Below are positions 38,676 through 48,202 of a DNA stretch of 64,000 nucleotides, one piece after another. The notes under the pieces were generated by a model. The model saw only the letters and a list, made by a program, of their open reading frames with translations. It was not told the DNA's origin and did no database searches. Origin of the DNA: a virus; the IMG/VR virus record IMGVR_UViG_3300049988_000034, positions 3,626-67,625 of that record; one strand, 5' to 3'. Every line of letters starts with the position of its first letter. Within the stretch, counting starts at the first letter, position 1. A program made the translations under genes and the position numbers.

Positions 38676-39203
38676 GTGGCTGGTTCGGTCAACAAGGTTA
38701 TTATCGTCGGCAACCTGGGGCGCGACCCCGAAAGCAAGGCGTTTCAGAATGGCGGCAAGGTGGTCAACCTTCGCATCGCCACCAGCGAAAGCTGGAAAGA
38801 CAAGCACAGCGGCGAACGTAAAGAGAAGACGGAGTGGCATAGCGTCGCCATCTTCCACGAAGCGCTGGGCAACATCGCGGAGAAGTACCTTCGCAAGGGC
38901 TCCAAGGTCTATATCGAGGGCGCGCTTCAGACGCGTAAATGGCAGGATCAGACTGGCGCCGACAAGTACAGCACGGAGATCGTGCTTAACGGCTTCAACA
39001 GCGTGTTGACCATGCTCGACACCAAGCGCGACGACGATGGTGGCGGCTATGGCGGTGGGCGTGACAGCAACCGCGGCGACTTCGGTGGACGATCGAGCGG
39101 CGGCAGCGATCGGCAGCAGCAACGCGGCTCGCAGGGCGGGTTCGGCGGCGGCGGCTTCGGCGGTGGGTTCCCTGATGACCTGGACGACGACGTACCGTTC
39201 TAA
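38676..39203 (+). CDS. ssb: Single-stranded DNA-binding protein
   Basis: [39 protein letters not shown], acidic tail DDLDDDVPF. Confidence 0.97.
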   Translation: MAGSVNKVIIVGNLGRDPESKAFQNGGKVVNLRIATSESWKDKHSGERKEKTEWHSVAIFHEALGNIAEKYLRKGSKVYIEGALQTRKWQDQTGADKYSTEIVLNGFNSVLTMLDTKRDDDGGGYGGGRDSNRGDFGGRSSGGSDRQQQRGSQGGFGGGGFGGGFPDDLDDDVPF

Positions 39204-39224
39204 TCATCACAGGAGAGATAAGCG

Positions 39225-39671
39225 ATGCCTATCGTTCATCAATGCCTCCTGCAACGCAAACACCTCCTCGCGAAGCCTGACACCCTGTTCGTGTACGGTG
39301 ACGTGCTGGAGGGCGAGGCGATCCTTGGCGCGCGCGAGTGCCGAGGAGAGCCGAACGCCGTTGCGATCCCGGCCATGCGCAATGACAAGCTGGAGGAGGG
39401 TTCGTATTTCAAGGACGCCGACCTGGAGGGGATCAAGCCCGCGATCCAGGAGGCATTCCGCCGGCTGTCCATGCACGCCATGGGCGGAGGCGAGGTGTGT
39501 TTCCCGAACAACGGGGTAGGGCACTCGATCGGTGGAGGGCTCCGACAGCGGGCACCGGCGATCGATGCCTATCTCACGAAGTGCTATCGCCACCTGATGT
39601 CGCTTGACATCCAGGCGATGAAAGAGCGCGGCGTCCTGAAGGATGATCCGACCGCGTTGCGGCGCTACTGA
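39225..39671 (+). CDS. Conserved phage hypothetical protein
   Basis: PDTLFVYGD ... RGEPNAVAIP motif; GGAG SD. Confidence 0.7.
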   Translation: MPIVHQCLLQRKHLLAKPDTLFVYGDVLEGEAILGARECRGEPNAVAIPAMRNDKLEEGSYFKDADLEGIKPAIQEAFRRLSMHAMGGGEVCFPNNGVGHSIGGGLRQRAPAIDAYLTKCYRHLMSLDIQAMKERGVLKDDPTALRRY

Positions 39672-39811
39672 TGGCCGAGTGTGACCACGAGTGGATCGAC
39701 GTGGAGAGCATGTTCAACAACGAGTATCGCACTGATGTGCGGTGCGCAAAGTGCCATGAAGCCGGAGAGAGAAACGAGGCCGATGGCGTCGTTTTCTGGC
39801 CTGCCACTTAG
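39671..39811 (+). CDS. Small Zn-finger-like protein
   Basis: CDHEW...CAKC; TGATG coupling. Confidence 0.5.
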   Translation: MAECDHEWIDVESMFNNEYRTDVRCAKCHEAGERNEADGVVFWPAT

Positions 39812-39821
39812 CCCTATTCGC

Positions 39822-39850
39822 TTGCCTAAAACCCGCAGAAAAGCTAGACT
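39822..39850 (+). promoter_or_regulatory. Sigma70-like promoter upstream of the polyvalent gene
   Basis: TTGCCT-17 nt-TAGACT. Confidence 0.5.
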
Positions 39851-40097
39851 TTCGGCTTAATCGACGGGTTCGGCGAGTGCGCGTCTGTATATTCCAGATG
39901 CAACAATCCGAACCAGCTTAGAAGCGGCCCGAAGTGCGGTCGCGGAGGTGGGCGACCAACACCTGTTCGCCATGGCGTCGAGTTCGGCGCATAGGGCGAG
40001 CAGGCGGCGGTAGGCCGCTAAGTCATCGATCCTTTCGGCGCCGTCCGTCACAGGGCCGCGTCGCATGGATCGTCGGGTGAAGCAACCGGGGGGTAGC

Positions 40098-43000
40098 ATG
40101 GGTATTATCGAGGCGAACATTGCGATCGTGAAGGCGAAGTTGGCCATCGCGAAAGAGCGCGAACCGCGGACCCTCTACATGCGGCGCGACCTGCACCCGG
40201 CGACGGCTGAAGCGGTGATCGAGCACTTCAAGGCGCAGGGCTTGCCGACCACGATGCCGGCCGACAGCCTGCATATCACGCAAATCTATTCGAAGGCGGC
40301 GGTGGACTGGTACACGGTCCCGTCGCCATGGACCGCGCCCCTCGTGATCCCCGAGGGTGGACCGCGCACGATCGAGCAGTTCGGCCATGGGGACGACGTG
40401 TGCATTGTGCAGTGCGTCCGGTGCCCGCCGATGGAGGAGCGCTATCACGAGTTGATCGCGTCGGGCTGCGCATCGAAGTACCCCGAACTCGCGGCGCACT
40501 TCACCCTGTCGTACAACGTGCCCGAGGGCTTCGACGTGTCGTCGCTCCAGCCATTCCAGGGGGAGATCGTCCTGGGGCCGGAGATATGGGAGGAGATCAA
40601 GGGCAGCGGGTGGACCCCGGCCGATGCGGTCGAGAAGGCCAAGGGCGCCAAGGGCAATCGCCAGTACCATCGCGAGCCATCGGGGACATCGAAGGGCGGG
40701 CAGTTCACGTCGAAGAACGGCGCGGATAGCTGGGGCGGATCGCACGGCGGTGGCTGGGGCAAGAAAGCGCCGGCACACACGATCGAGAAGCCGGGCAGCG
40801 CGCGCCACCCGCAGGACGACGACAAGGGCAACCCGGTGTTCGTGCATAAGCCGACCACGCCGATCGACCATGCCCGGTTCAAGGACAAGAACGCCATCGC
40901 CACCGTCGTGCCTGGGGATGCGAAGGCGCCCCCGACGATCGGCGGCATCCCGTTCACCTCGTGGAAGGGTGTTGATGACTGGACGAAGGTGCCTGGCACG
41001 AACGAGGCGCTGGAGAATGGCTTGCCCGACCTCGACGCGGGACACCTGCGCCCGGCGGCCGGCGTCATCATCCAGGAGAAGGATGGCCGGGTGTGGCTGA
41101 CGCGCCCGACCAACAGCTTCGGCGGGTACGAGCACACCTTCCCCAAGGGTGGGCAGGAGAAGGGGCTGACGCTCCAGCAAACGGCGGTCAAGGAGGCGTG
41201 GGAGGAGACGGGCCTTCAGGTGAAGATCACCGGCGTGTTCGGCGACTTCAAGCGCACGACCAGCGTGGGCCGGTACTATCTGGCAGAGCGCGTCGGCGGT
41301 GATCCGCGCGACATGGGATGGGAGAGCCAAGCGCTCCGCCTGTCGCCGGAGAAAGACCTGAAAAACCTGTTGAACACGAAGGCCGACCACGACATAGTGG
41401 ACGCCTGGGACGAAGAACAATCGATCGGCAAGGCCGTTCCTGTTCCGTTCCTTTCCGCTGAAGGGCTGGCGCATCTCGCCACCATCCTCGCGCCGCTCGA
41501 CAAGGCTAAGGCCGACCTCAACATCATTGGCAATGAAACGCTGGCCTTCGCGTCAGCGGACACACTCGCGCGCGTGGGCAGGCTCTACGACCTTGTGGAT
41601 AAGGCTAGAGGGGGGAAGGGCACCCAAGGGGCCGCATGGGCCAAGCAACCACGCTACGAGGCCGGTAGCAGCCTTGGGGGGCAGTGGAAGGCATACGACA
41701 GCAAGGGCGTGCTCCTGCCGCCTAAGATCGGCTCCGCGGCCAACCCTGCGTACGGGAAGAAAGCGGCGGCGTTGTACGGGCTGGCGTCGACAGACGGGCC
41801 GGGCATCGCGGCGGCTGCATTCCAGGCATCGGGCATCCCGGAGAAGGCAGCAGCGGTAAAGGCCAAGATCGCGTCGGGCGCTAAGGCGAACTCGAACGAC
41901 AAGTGGTGGATGCAGCTTCACCAGTATGGGAGCGAGTTGACCTCGACGCAGGCTGCGAAAACGATCGCGGATACGAAGGGGGGAGGGGCCGCAGTCTCGA
42001 AACTTTCCGACTATGAAAAAAAGGGGGCCAAGCCGGGCGGGTCCAATCCGGGCGCGCTCTACACCGACGGCAATGGCGCATCGGTGCTTATCAAGGGCTC
42101 GAACAACCCGACCAAGGACGGATCGCACGCGCACAACGAGGTGATGGCATCGAAGCTGTTGGCGGCGGCCGGCGTCGGCGTGCCCGACATGAAGGTGGTG
42201 GACCTACAGGGGCAGCATGGCGGCGGCATGGGCGTTGCCTCCACCATGTTGACGGGCGCGAGCGGGTATAGCCCGGCCGACAAGGCATCACTGAAGGCGG
42301 CGCAGCAGGACTTCGCCGTGCATGCGTGGCTGGCCAACTACGACGCCGTGGGCATGGGCAATGACAACCTGATGATGAAGGACGGCAAGGCGTTCAACAT
42401 CGATCCGGGCGGTGCCCTTATGTTCCGCGCGCAGGGCGCCCCGAAGTTCGCCGACGGCAAGCTGCCGCACACTGTGATCGAGTGGAAGTCGATGCGCGGG
42501 GCGGTGCCGGGCATCCCGAACAACGCCTATGCCCACGCCACCTATGGCAGCATGACCGCGGCCGACCTGAAGGCGAGCGCGCAGAAGCTGGCAGCGGTGA
42601 CGCCCGACCAGATCAAGGCGATCGTGGACGCCCATGCAGGGCCGATGGACAAGGCGATGTTGACCGAGGCGCTGGTAGCGCGCCGCGCGTTCATCCTGAA
42701 GGCGGCAGGGCTCGATACGGAGGCCGCGGCGCCCGTAGTGTCACAGCCGGCACCAATCCAAACGCCTAAGAGTACACAGAAAGGCCCCCTTAGTACCAGC
42801 GATCCGGTGAAAACGGCTCCGATCACGTCGGATGGGCCTGTTCCGCTGGGTAAGGATGCGTTCAACGAGGGGTACAAGAGCCCCGCGCAGTTCGCGACCT
42901 ATGCCATGGTGATCGACCAGGCGGCGAAGTCCGGCGACATCGGGTTGGTGAAGAAACTCGCGCAGGCGAACGCCGACCTGTCCGATACGCACTCGTCGCT

Positions 43001-45137
43001 CTACGGGTTCGGATCGGCGGGGCACACCAACTACGGGAAGCTGGCGGATCATGCCGAGGCGCATATCGCGTCGATGCAGATGGCGGCTGAAGCCAAAGCG
43101 ACCGTTCCGGGACAGGCGACGCCGGCAGCGCGCTCGACGGCGACCCTGCCCGCCCCTCCCGCGGAAAGCGCTTTGGGGGGCAAGGCCAGCTTCATCAATC
43201 TCGCAGCCGATGCCCATGCAGCTTTCAAGTCGGGTGACAGCAGCAAGATCACGGCAGCGATGCAGAATGTCGAGGATGCGACGTGGAAGGGCGATGCACC
43301 TGCCAAGGCGCTCAACGCCTACGTCGGATCGCTGGTAGCGGCGAAGTACCAGAAGCCGGACGGCGGCACCGCGCCCGTGGGATCGGTCAAGCCGCAGTTC
43401 GGCGTCGAGCACGGCACGCTGGCCTCGTCGGCGAACTTCTACAACGCCCTGGCGAGCAAGATGGAGGCGGCGTCGAAGGAGCCGCAGGGCTCGATCGCAG
43501 CGCTCCAGGCGGCAGCGCAGGGCAAGGGCGGCAAGGTCGTGTGGCCCACGAAGGAGGATGGCACCCCCAAGACAGCAGCGGCGGCCAAGATCGCGGCATA
43601 CCACAGCGCACTCCTCGCGCAGGCGCAGGCAGCGCAGGGGGCAGGGCAGCTTGCGGACCTGAAGGCGGCACCCACGGCGGTGAAGCCGACCACGCGCGCG
43701 GCCAAGGCGGCCATGGTGGCGGGCGTCGCATCGGAGCCGGTGCAGATTGCTATGCCGCAGAAGCCGATGAACATCGCCACCCCGGCCAACCCGAATAAGG
43801 GGCTGGTGGCCAAGGCCGACGCGATCGAGAAGGACGTTGCGGCGTTCAAGGCCGGCATCATCGACCAGGAAACGGCGCTGGCCTCGATCGGCGTCCACAC
43901 CTTCGGTACGAACTCGCAGAACGCCAAGGTGCTGAAGTACCAGACCGACGCCATCGCCTCGATCGTGAGTGCGAGCGGCGTGCAGACGGCGACCGCGGCG
44001 CATCCGGCCGTGATGCCGACCGCTGCACCCGCACCCAAGGCCAAGGCGAAGGACAAGACGCCGAAGTTCGACCCGGCCAAGGTGTCGGCGCCTCCGTCGT
44101 TCATCGCATGGGGTGAGACTGGCAAGCCGGGTCCGTCGGGCGTGGCCATGGTCAACGAGGTGAACCACGCGGCAGCGCAGGCCATCTTCGCGGCGGCCAA
44201 GACCGGCGATCCCAAGGCGGTCACGTCGCTCCAGGCGCCGCTGGTGGACAAGGCAACGGGCACCCTGACGGGCGTCACCAAGCCGGTGCTCGAACACCCC
44301 TCGCAGCATATCAAGGGGTACGCGACACAGACCCTCAACGAGATCGACGCACAGTTGAACCCGCCCAAGGTGTTCCGCTTCGGCGATGGGCACCCGCTGG
44401 CAGCGCTCGACAAGGCGTTCCCGGTGGCGTCGGTCAAGGAAGCGGCGGCCAAGATCGGGAAGTACGTGGACCTGGGCAAGGCGGGGATCGTGAACCCCGA
44501 CGCGGTCGGACTGCCGGCGCCCGCGACCTATGCCAACGGCAAGCTGACGACGCAGACCTATGCCAGTGCGGCGCAGGCGGCCATCGCCAAGATGCCGAAG
44601 ACGCAGCAGGCGGCGATCAAGTCCTACACCGGCGCCGGCTATGGGGCGATGAACAAGGGGATGTGGGAAGGCAACCCGACGGGCGCGGGCAAGGCGGCTG
44701 GCGAGGCCATCCAGACGCTCGGGCACGAGATCGCGCCGGGCACCATCCTGTCGCGCAAGGTGTCGCCGGACAGCGCGGCCATGAAGGCGCTGTTGGGATC
44801 GGTGGGCAAGGTGCTCCAGGAGCCGGCCATTCAGTCGACGGCGGTCGATCCGAACGTGTGGAGCGGCAATGTCCACCTGAAGATGGTGGTAGGCCCCGGT
44901 GTGAAGGGCTTGTACGTCGGTCCGGGCTCAATGCCGGGCGGCGGCGCGCTGTCCAATCACTCCGGGGAAAAGGAGTTGATATTGCCGCCAAATACCCGCA
45001 TGTTGGTACAGAAGGTCACAACCTCCCAATATGGGAAGGGTGATGCGGACGGTTTCGGGAAGTCCAGCACGCATATCATTGAGGTGCTGATCCTCCCGAA
45101 TGGTGCAGGCCATGACGGCAAAGGCAAGGTGAAGTAA
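40098..45137 (+). CDS. Polyvalent protein: 2H phosphoesterase (Acb1/gp57B-like), NUDIX, PI3K/HipA-like kinase, VIP2/Alt-like ADP-ribosyltransferase
   Basis: HIT and HFT motifs; PKGG..E.....TAVKEAWEETG; GGSNPG..K..NE..D..N..ID; SYTG..Y..MN, R, ST, ExE. Confidence 0.85.
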   Translation: MGIIEANIAIVKAKLAIAKEREPRTLYMRRDLHPATAEAVIEHFKAQGLPTTMPADSLHITQIYSKAAVDWYTVPSPWTAPLVIPEGGPRTIEQFGHGDDVCIVQCVRCPPMEERYHELIASGCASKYPELAAHFTLSYNVPEGFDVSSLQPFQGEIVLGPEIWEEIKGSGWTPADAVEKAKGAKGNRQYHREPSGTSKGGQFTSKNGADSWGGSHGGGWGKKAPAHTIEKPGSARHPQDDDKGNPVFVHKPTTPIDHARFKDKNAIATVVPGDAKAPPTIGGIPFTSWKGVDDWTKVPGTNEALENGLPDLDAGHLRPAAGVIIQEKDGRVWLTRPTNSFGGYEHTFPKGGQEKGLTLQQTAVKEAWEETGLQVKITGVFGDFKRTTSVGRYYLAERVGGDPRDMGWESQALRLSPEKDLKNLLNTKADHDIVDAWDEEQSIGKAVPVPFLSAEGLAHLATILAPLDKAKADLNIIGNETLAFASADTLARVGRLYDLVDKARGGKGTQGAAWAKQPRYEAGSSLGGQWKAYDSKGVLLPPKIGSAANPAYGKKAAALYGLASTDGPGIAAAAFQASGIPEKAAAVKAKIASGAKANSNDKWWMQLHQYGSELTSTQAAKTIADTKGGGAAVSKLSDYEKKGAKPGGSNPGALYTDGNGASVLIKGSNNPTKDGSHAHNEVMASKLLAAAGVGVPDMKVVDLQGQHGGGMGVASTMLTGASGYSPADKASLKAAQQDFAVHAWLANYDAVGMGNDNLMMKDGKAFNIDPGGALMFRAQGAPKFADGKLPHTVIEWKSMRGAVPGIPNNAYAHATYGSMTAADLKASAQKLAAVTPDQIKAIVDAHAGPMDKAMLTEALVARRAFILKAAGLDTEAAAPVVSQPAPIQTPKSTQKGPLSTSDPVKTAPITSDGPVPLGKDAFNEGYKSPAQFATYAMVIDQAAKSGDIGLVKKLAQANADLSDTHSSLYGFGSAGHTNYGKLADHAEAHIASMQMAAEAKATVPGQATPAARSTATLPAPPAESALGGKASFINLAADAHAAFKSGDSSKITAAMQNVEDATWKGDAPAKALNAYVGSLVAAKYQKPDGGTAPVGSVKPQFGVEHGTLASSANFYNALASKMEAASKEPQGSIAALQAAAQGKGGKVVWPTKEDGTPKTAAAAKIAAYHSALLAQAQAAQGAGQLADLKAAPTAVKPTTRAAKAAMVAGVASEPVQIAMPQKPMNIATPANPNKGLVAKADAIEKDVAAFKAGIIDQETALASIGVHTFGTNSQNAKVLKYQTDAIASIVSASGVQTATAAHPAVMPTAAPAPKAKAKDKTPKFDPAKVSAPPSFIAWGETGKPGPSGVAMVNEVNHAAAQAIFAAAKTGDPKAVTSLQAPLVDKATGTLTGVTKPVLEHPSQHIKGYATQTLNEIDAQLNPPKVFRFGDGHPLAALDKAFPVASVKEAAAKIGKYVDLGKAGIVNPDAVGLPAPATYANGKLTTQTYASAAQAAIAKMPKTQQAAIKSYTGAGYGAMNKGMWEGNPTGAGKAAGEAIQTLGHEIAPGTILSRKVSPDSAAMKALLGSVGKVLQEPAIQSTAVDPNVWSGNVHLKMVVGPGVKGLYVGPGSMPGGGALSNHSGEKELILPPNTRMLVQKVTTSQYGKGDADGFGKSSTHIIEVLILPNGAGHDGKGKVK

Positions 45138-45764
45138 ATGCCCAATCAACCCATACAGGACGGCAACTATCTCGGGGGACTGGCCGCCAAGGTGGGCGAG
45201 CACGAGGCGTATCTAGGCGACCCCGACACGGCAGACGGCATCGTGCGCGGGTTCATCGCGCAGGTGCTTGCCGCCCATGCGCGGGAGGATGACGCCGCGT
45301 TCGGCAAGACCCTCAATCGCGCCTGCATCGACACCGCCGACGTGTTCCTGGGCACGGTCACACAGGGCAGGCGGCCAACGGACCCGGCGATGGTCACGTT
45401 CCTTCCGGTCGCGGACTGGAACCGCGAGGGCGGCGGGCTCGGGCAGTGGGTGCGCCCGCGCTTCGCCGACCAGATCGACGGTATCGAGGCGATGACCGAT
45501 GCCGATATGCTGGCCAACGTGTTCGCCATCCTCGCGCTGGCGGTCACGGAGGTGATCGAGAAGGCGGCCGAGGACGATGACACGCAGGACGCGGTGCTGT
45601 CGCTCGACGCGATGGTCGATGACTGGCGCAACCTCGTGATGGGCATCCCGAACGAAGACGACACCACGGCATCAATGTTGCTGGTGGCAGAGCAGGCCCC
45701 GCCGACCGATTACGATGGAGGCGGTGATGCTGTCGATGACGTGGCCCCAACACCGGCGCCGTGA
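45138..45764 (+). CDS. Acidic hypothetical protein coupled to the polyvalent gene
   Basis: ATG directly after the TAA; Asp/Glu-rich. Confidence 0.7.
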   Translation: MPNQPIQDGNYLGGLAAKVGEHEAYLGDPDTADGIVRGFIAQVLAAHAREDDAAFGKTLNRACIDTADVFLGTVTQGRRPTDPAMVTFLPVADWNREGGGLGQWVRPRFADQIDGIEAMTDADMLANVFAILALAVTEVIEKAAEDDDTQDAVLSLDAMVDDWRNLVMGIPNEDDTTASMLLVAEQAPPTDYDGGGDAVDDVAPTPAP

Positions 45765-46020
45765 ATGCCAGTTCCGGGGGAGGATCGTGCATTTCTCCCC
45801 CATGGAGCACGTCGTGCTGACGAGCCTCCTGTTGCGGCGCGGCGAGGTGATCGGATACGGCGAGATGATCGAGTTGATGTATCCCAACCCTGACGAGGAG
45901 CCCGATTGGGCGCGCAGTTCATTGGGGGCTGTCATCTGCCGGATACGCGCCAAGCTACCGGGCGCCATCCATACGATAAGGGCATCCGGGTTCTATATCC
46001 CTGTTGCAATAGTCACGTAG
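45727..46020 (+). CDS. Stand-alone OmpR/PhoB-type winged-helix DNA-binding domain (CtrA-like)
   Basis: HFSPME..VL..L.LRRGEV.....IE.MY...DEEP.....ICRIRAKL...I.T.R..GF. Confidence 0.7.
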   Translation: MLSMTWPQHRRRECQFRGRIVHFSPMEHVVLTSLLLRRGEVIGYGEMIELMYPNPDEEPDWARSSLGAVICRIRAKLPGAIHTIRASGFYIPVAIVT

Positions 46021-46069
46021 CGCGAGTATCGCCGGGCTTCCACTGCCAAGCATAGGAGCCCGGCACCCC

Positions 46070-47368
46070 ATGACAACGATTACCCCACGAGGTGCGTTGC
46101 ACCTCGCGCGCGACCAGTTCGAACTGTACGCCACCGAACACGAGGCCAAGGCAAACCCCTCGTCGCCGAAGTTCACTGGCCACGTTCTCGCCAGCAGCGC
46201 CATGGCCAAGGCTGCGACCAACCGGCAGATGGTGTCGGCTATGGATGAAGCCCTGAAGGGGCTCGATGCCGAAAACCCGTCGTTCGGGCACGGCTTCGCC
46301 GACAGCTTCCGCACCATAGGCGAGGTGCGCACCGCAGCGTTCAGCCTGTCGGGCATGCAGGCGGATGGCACGCCCGCTGCACACCTCGCCACGCGCCTTC
46401 ACGACAGCATCTGCGCCATGCTCCGCGGCGACCGCTACATTACCGCGCAGCAGGTGCGCGACGCGCTCCAGGGGGCCGGCGACCTGGCGGAAACGGCATT
46501 CGGCCCTGCCGATGCGCCCGGCCTGCCCTTGGGCCTGCGCTATCATCCTCGATACGCCATCCGGTTCACGCAGCGCGCGGCGTCGGGGGAGATCGAAGAC
46601 CTGGGCGTGGTGTACGCGCACACGAGCCCGGCCACGCACGCGCTCCTGCGCATGCTTCCGAAGGGCGAGGTGGAGAGCGTCGAGAAGTGGGACGGCAAGG
46701 CGTGGATCGAACTGTTCGGTGTCCATGACGATGCCGTGCGCGGCGTTCCAGCGGTGGGAGAGGGTCCGTATCGCCAAGGCTCCATCTCGATCGGCTACGA
46801 TCACGGGCTCGACGAGGCGCTTGCCGACGTTGCCGAGTTCCACAAGGCGCTGGCACCCGACCTGATCGCGTCGCACCCGCGGATGCTCACCTTCGACGAG
46901 GCGACCCGGCGCGCGGAGTGGATGGATAGCGAGGTGCGCGAACTCCTGATCGACACGCCAAGCGATGCCGAGGTGTCGATGCGACACGCGATCGGGAACC
47001 ATATCGTCGACATCGACACCATGGCGCAGCAGATCGATGCGGCCATGGACGTGATCTACTTCGCCCTGGGTATCCCGATGGAGATGGGGCTGAATGCCGC
47101 TCCATTCTGGCGGCTCGCGCACGGCGCCAACATGGCCAAGCTGCACACCAAGGCCGACGGCACGAAGTACGCTGTCCGGCGCGAGGGCGACAACAAGGTG
47201 GTGAAGCCCGAGGGCTGGACCGACCCGCACGCCGCGATCGTCGAGGAGATCAAGCGGCAGGTGATGGCCGCGCCCATGGCGATCGACGAGGAGCACTACG
47301 CGCTGCGCTACGCCATCCGCCGCCTGGGGCCGCCGGAGGGCTATGTCGACGCCGAGGGGGAGGGCTGA
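46070..47368 (+). CDS. Multi-domain protein with a C-terminal MazG/PRA-PH-like NTP pyrophosphohydrolase
   Basis: V.EFH, E..E, DAAMDVIYFA.G, H.ANMAK, KVVKPEGW. Confidence 0.75.
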   Translation: MTTITPRGALHLARDQFELYATEHEAKANPSSPKFTGHVLASSAMAKAATNRQMVSAMDEALKGLDAENPSFGHGFADSFRTIGEVRTAAFSLSGMQADGTPAAHLATRLHDSICAMLRGDRYITAQQVRDALQGAGDLAETAFGPADAPGLPLGLRYHPRYAIRFTQRAASGEIEDLGVVYAHTSPATHALLRMLPKGEVESVEKWDGKAWIELFGVHDDAVRGVPAVGEGPYRQGSISIGYDHGLDEALADVAEFHKALAPDLIASHPRMLTFDEATRRAEWMDSEVRELLIDTPSDAEVSMRHAIGNHIVDIDTMAQQIDAAMDVIYFALGIPMEMGLNAAPFWRLAHGANMAKLHTKADGTKYAVRREGDNKVVKPEGWTDPHAAIVEEIKRQVMAAPMAIDEEHYALRYAIRRLGPPEGYVDAEGEG

Positions 47369-47595
47369 TGGCAGAGCCCTATTACAACCCGCCCTTGACC
47401 GGGCAGAATGGATTGCTTGGCGGCGTGACCCTGCGCGACGAGTTCGCAGGGCGCGTCGTAGCCGGCATGATGACCCGCATGGAAGACGAGGTGATCCAGG
47501 ACATCGCCAACGGCACTCGCGCAGGTGGGCCTATCGCACGGGTGGCCTACACGATCGCCGACGCCATGCTGCGCGAACGGGCGGTGCAGCGGTGA
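47368..47595 (+). CDS. Conserved small phage protein
   Basis: TLRDEFA ... AYTIADAML.ER motif. Confidence 0.7.
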   Translation: MAEPYYNPPLTGQNGLLGGVTLRDEFAGRVVAGMMTRMEDEVIQDIANGTRAGGPIARVAYTIADAMLRERAVQR

Positions 47596-47709
47596 CGCGC
47601 TGTACGCGATGCGATGGCATGGGGCGCATGACCGCGCATTCCGTGCCCTGCACACGGTGCCATGGGAGCGGCGACGAGCCCCGCAAGCCGACGCCGGAGG
47701 GCCAACCCA

Positions 47710-47880
47710 ATGCCCGGTGAACGCACACGCGAGGATTGCGGCAACTGCTACGGCAACGGGTGTGGATCGTGCGGCAATAAGGGCTGGATCGAGACGGAGG
47801 CGGGCCGCGAGGCGCGCGAGGCATGGGAGGACGGCGCGCATGATCGCGACCGGGACGCCCGCATGATGGGAGAGAAGTAA
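47710..47880 (+). CDS. Small CxxCxGxG protein
   Basis: CGNCYGNGCGSCGNKG; GGAGG SD. Confidence 0.55.
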   Translation: MPGERTREDCGNCYGNGCGSCGNKGWIETEAGREAREAWEDGAHDRDRDARMMGEK

Positions 47881-47983
47881 TGGGATGCGCTGTCTATCTC
47901 GCGATATTCCTGATGGCCGCCACCGGGCATTGGACTGAAGCCATCTTGTTGCTTGTCGGCTACGTGCTCGGGAGCATGGACTG

Positions 47984-48136
47984 ATGCCGGTCCTTCAGGT
48001 GTATGTGTCCGATGAAGACCTTGCGACGCTGGAGCGGGCGGCAAAGCGCCTGGAGCGCTCGATCGACGACCTGGCCGACAGCGCCGTGTCCGAGGCCGCC
48101 AGCAACGCACGCCGCAACGGCGACGACATCGAATAA
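47984..48136 (+). CDS. Ribbon-helix-helix-like small regulator
   Basis: LQVYVSDEDLATLERAAKRLERSIDDL. Confidence 0.55.
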   Translation: MPVLQVYVSDEDLATLERAAKRLERSIDDLADSAVSEAASNARRNGDDIE

Positions 48137-48202
48137 TCGCTTAGGCCCTTGCGCTGCATCACCCCTGTGATAGTGGAGCAAGGGCCAAGCATAGGAGATA
48201 CC

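Noticed and set aside
41640-41647. Additional GCCAAGCA copy inside the polyvalent gene
   Set aside because: Coding context (A-K-Q) with no SD or promoter; consistent with chance
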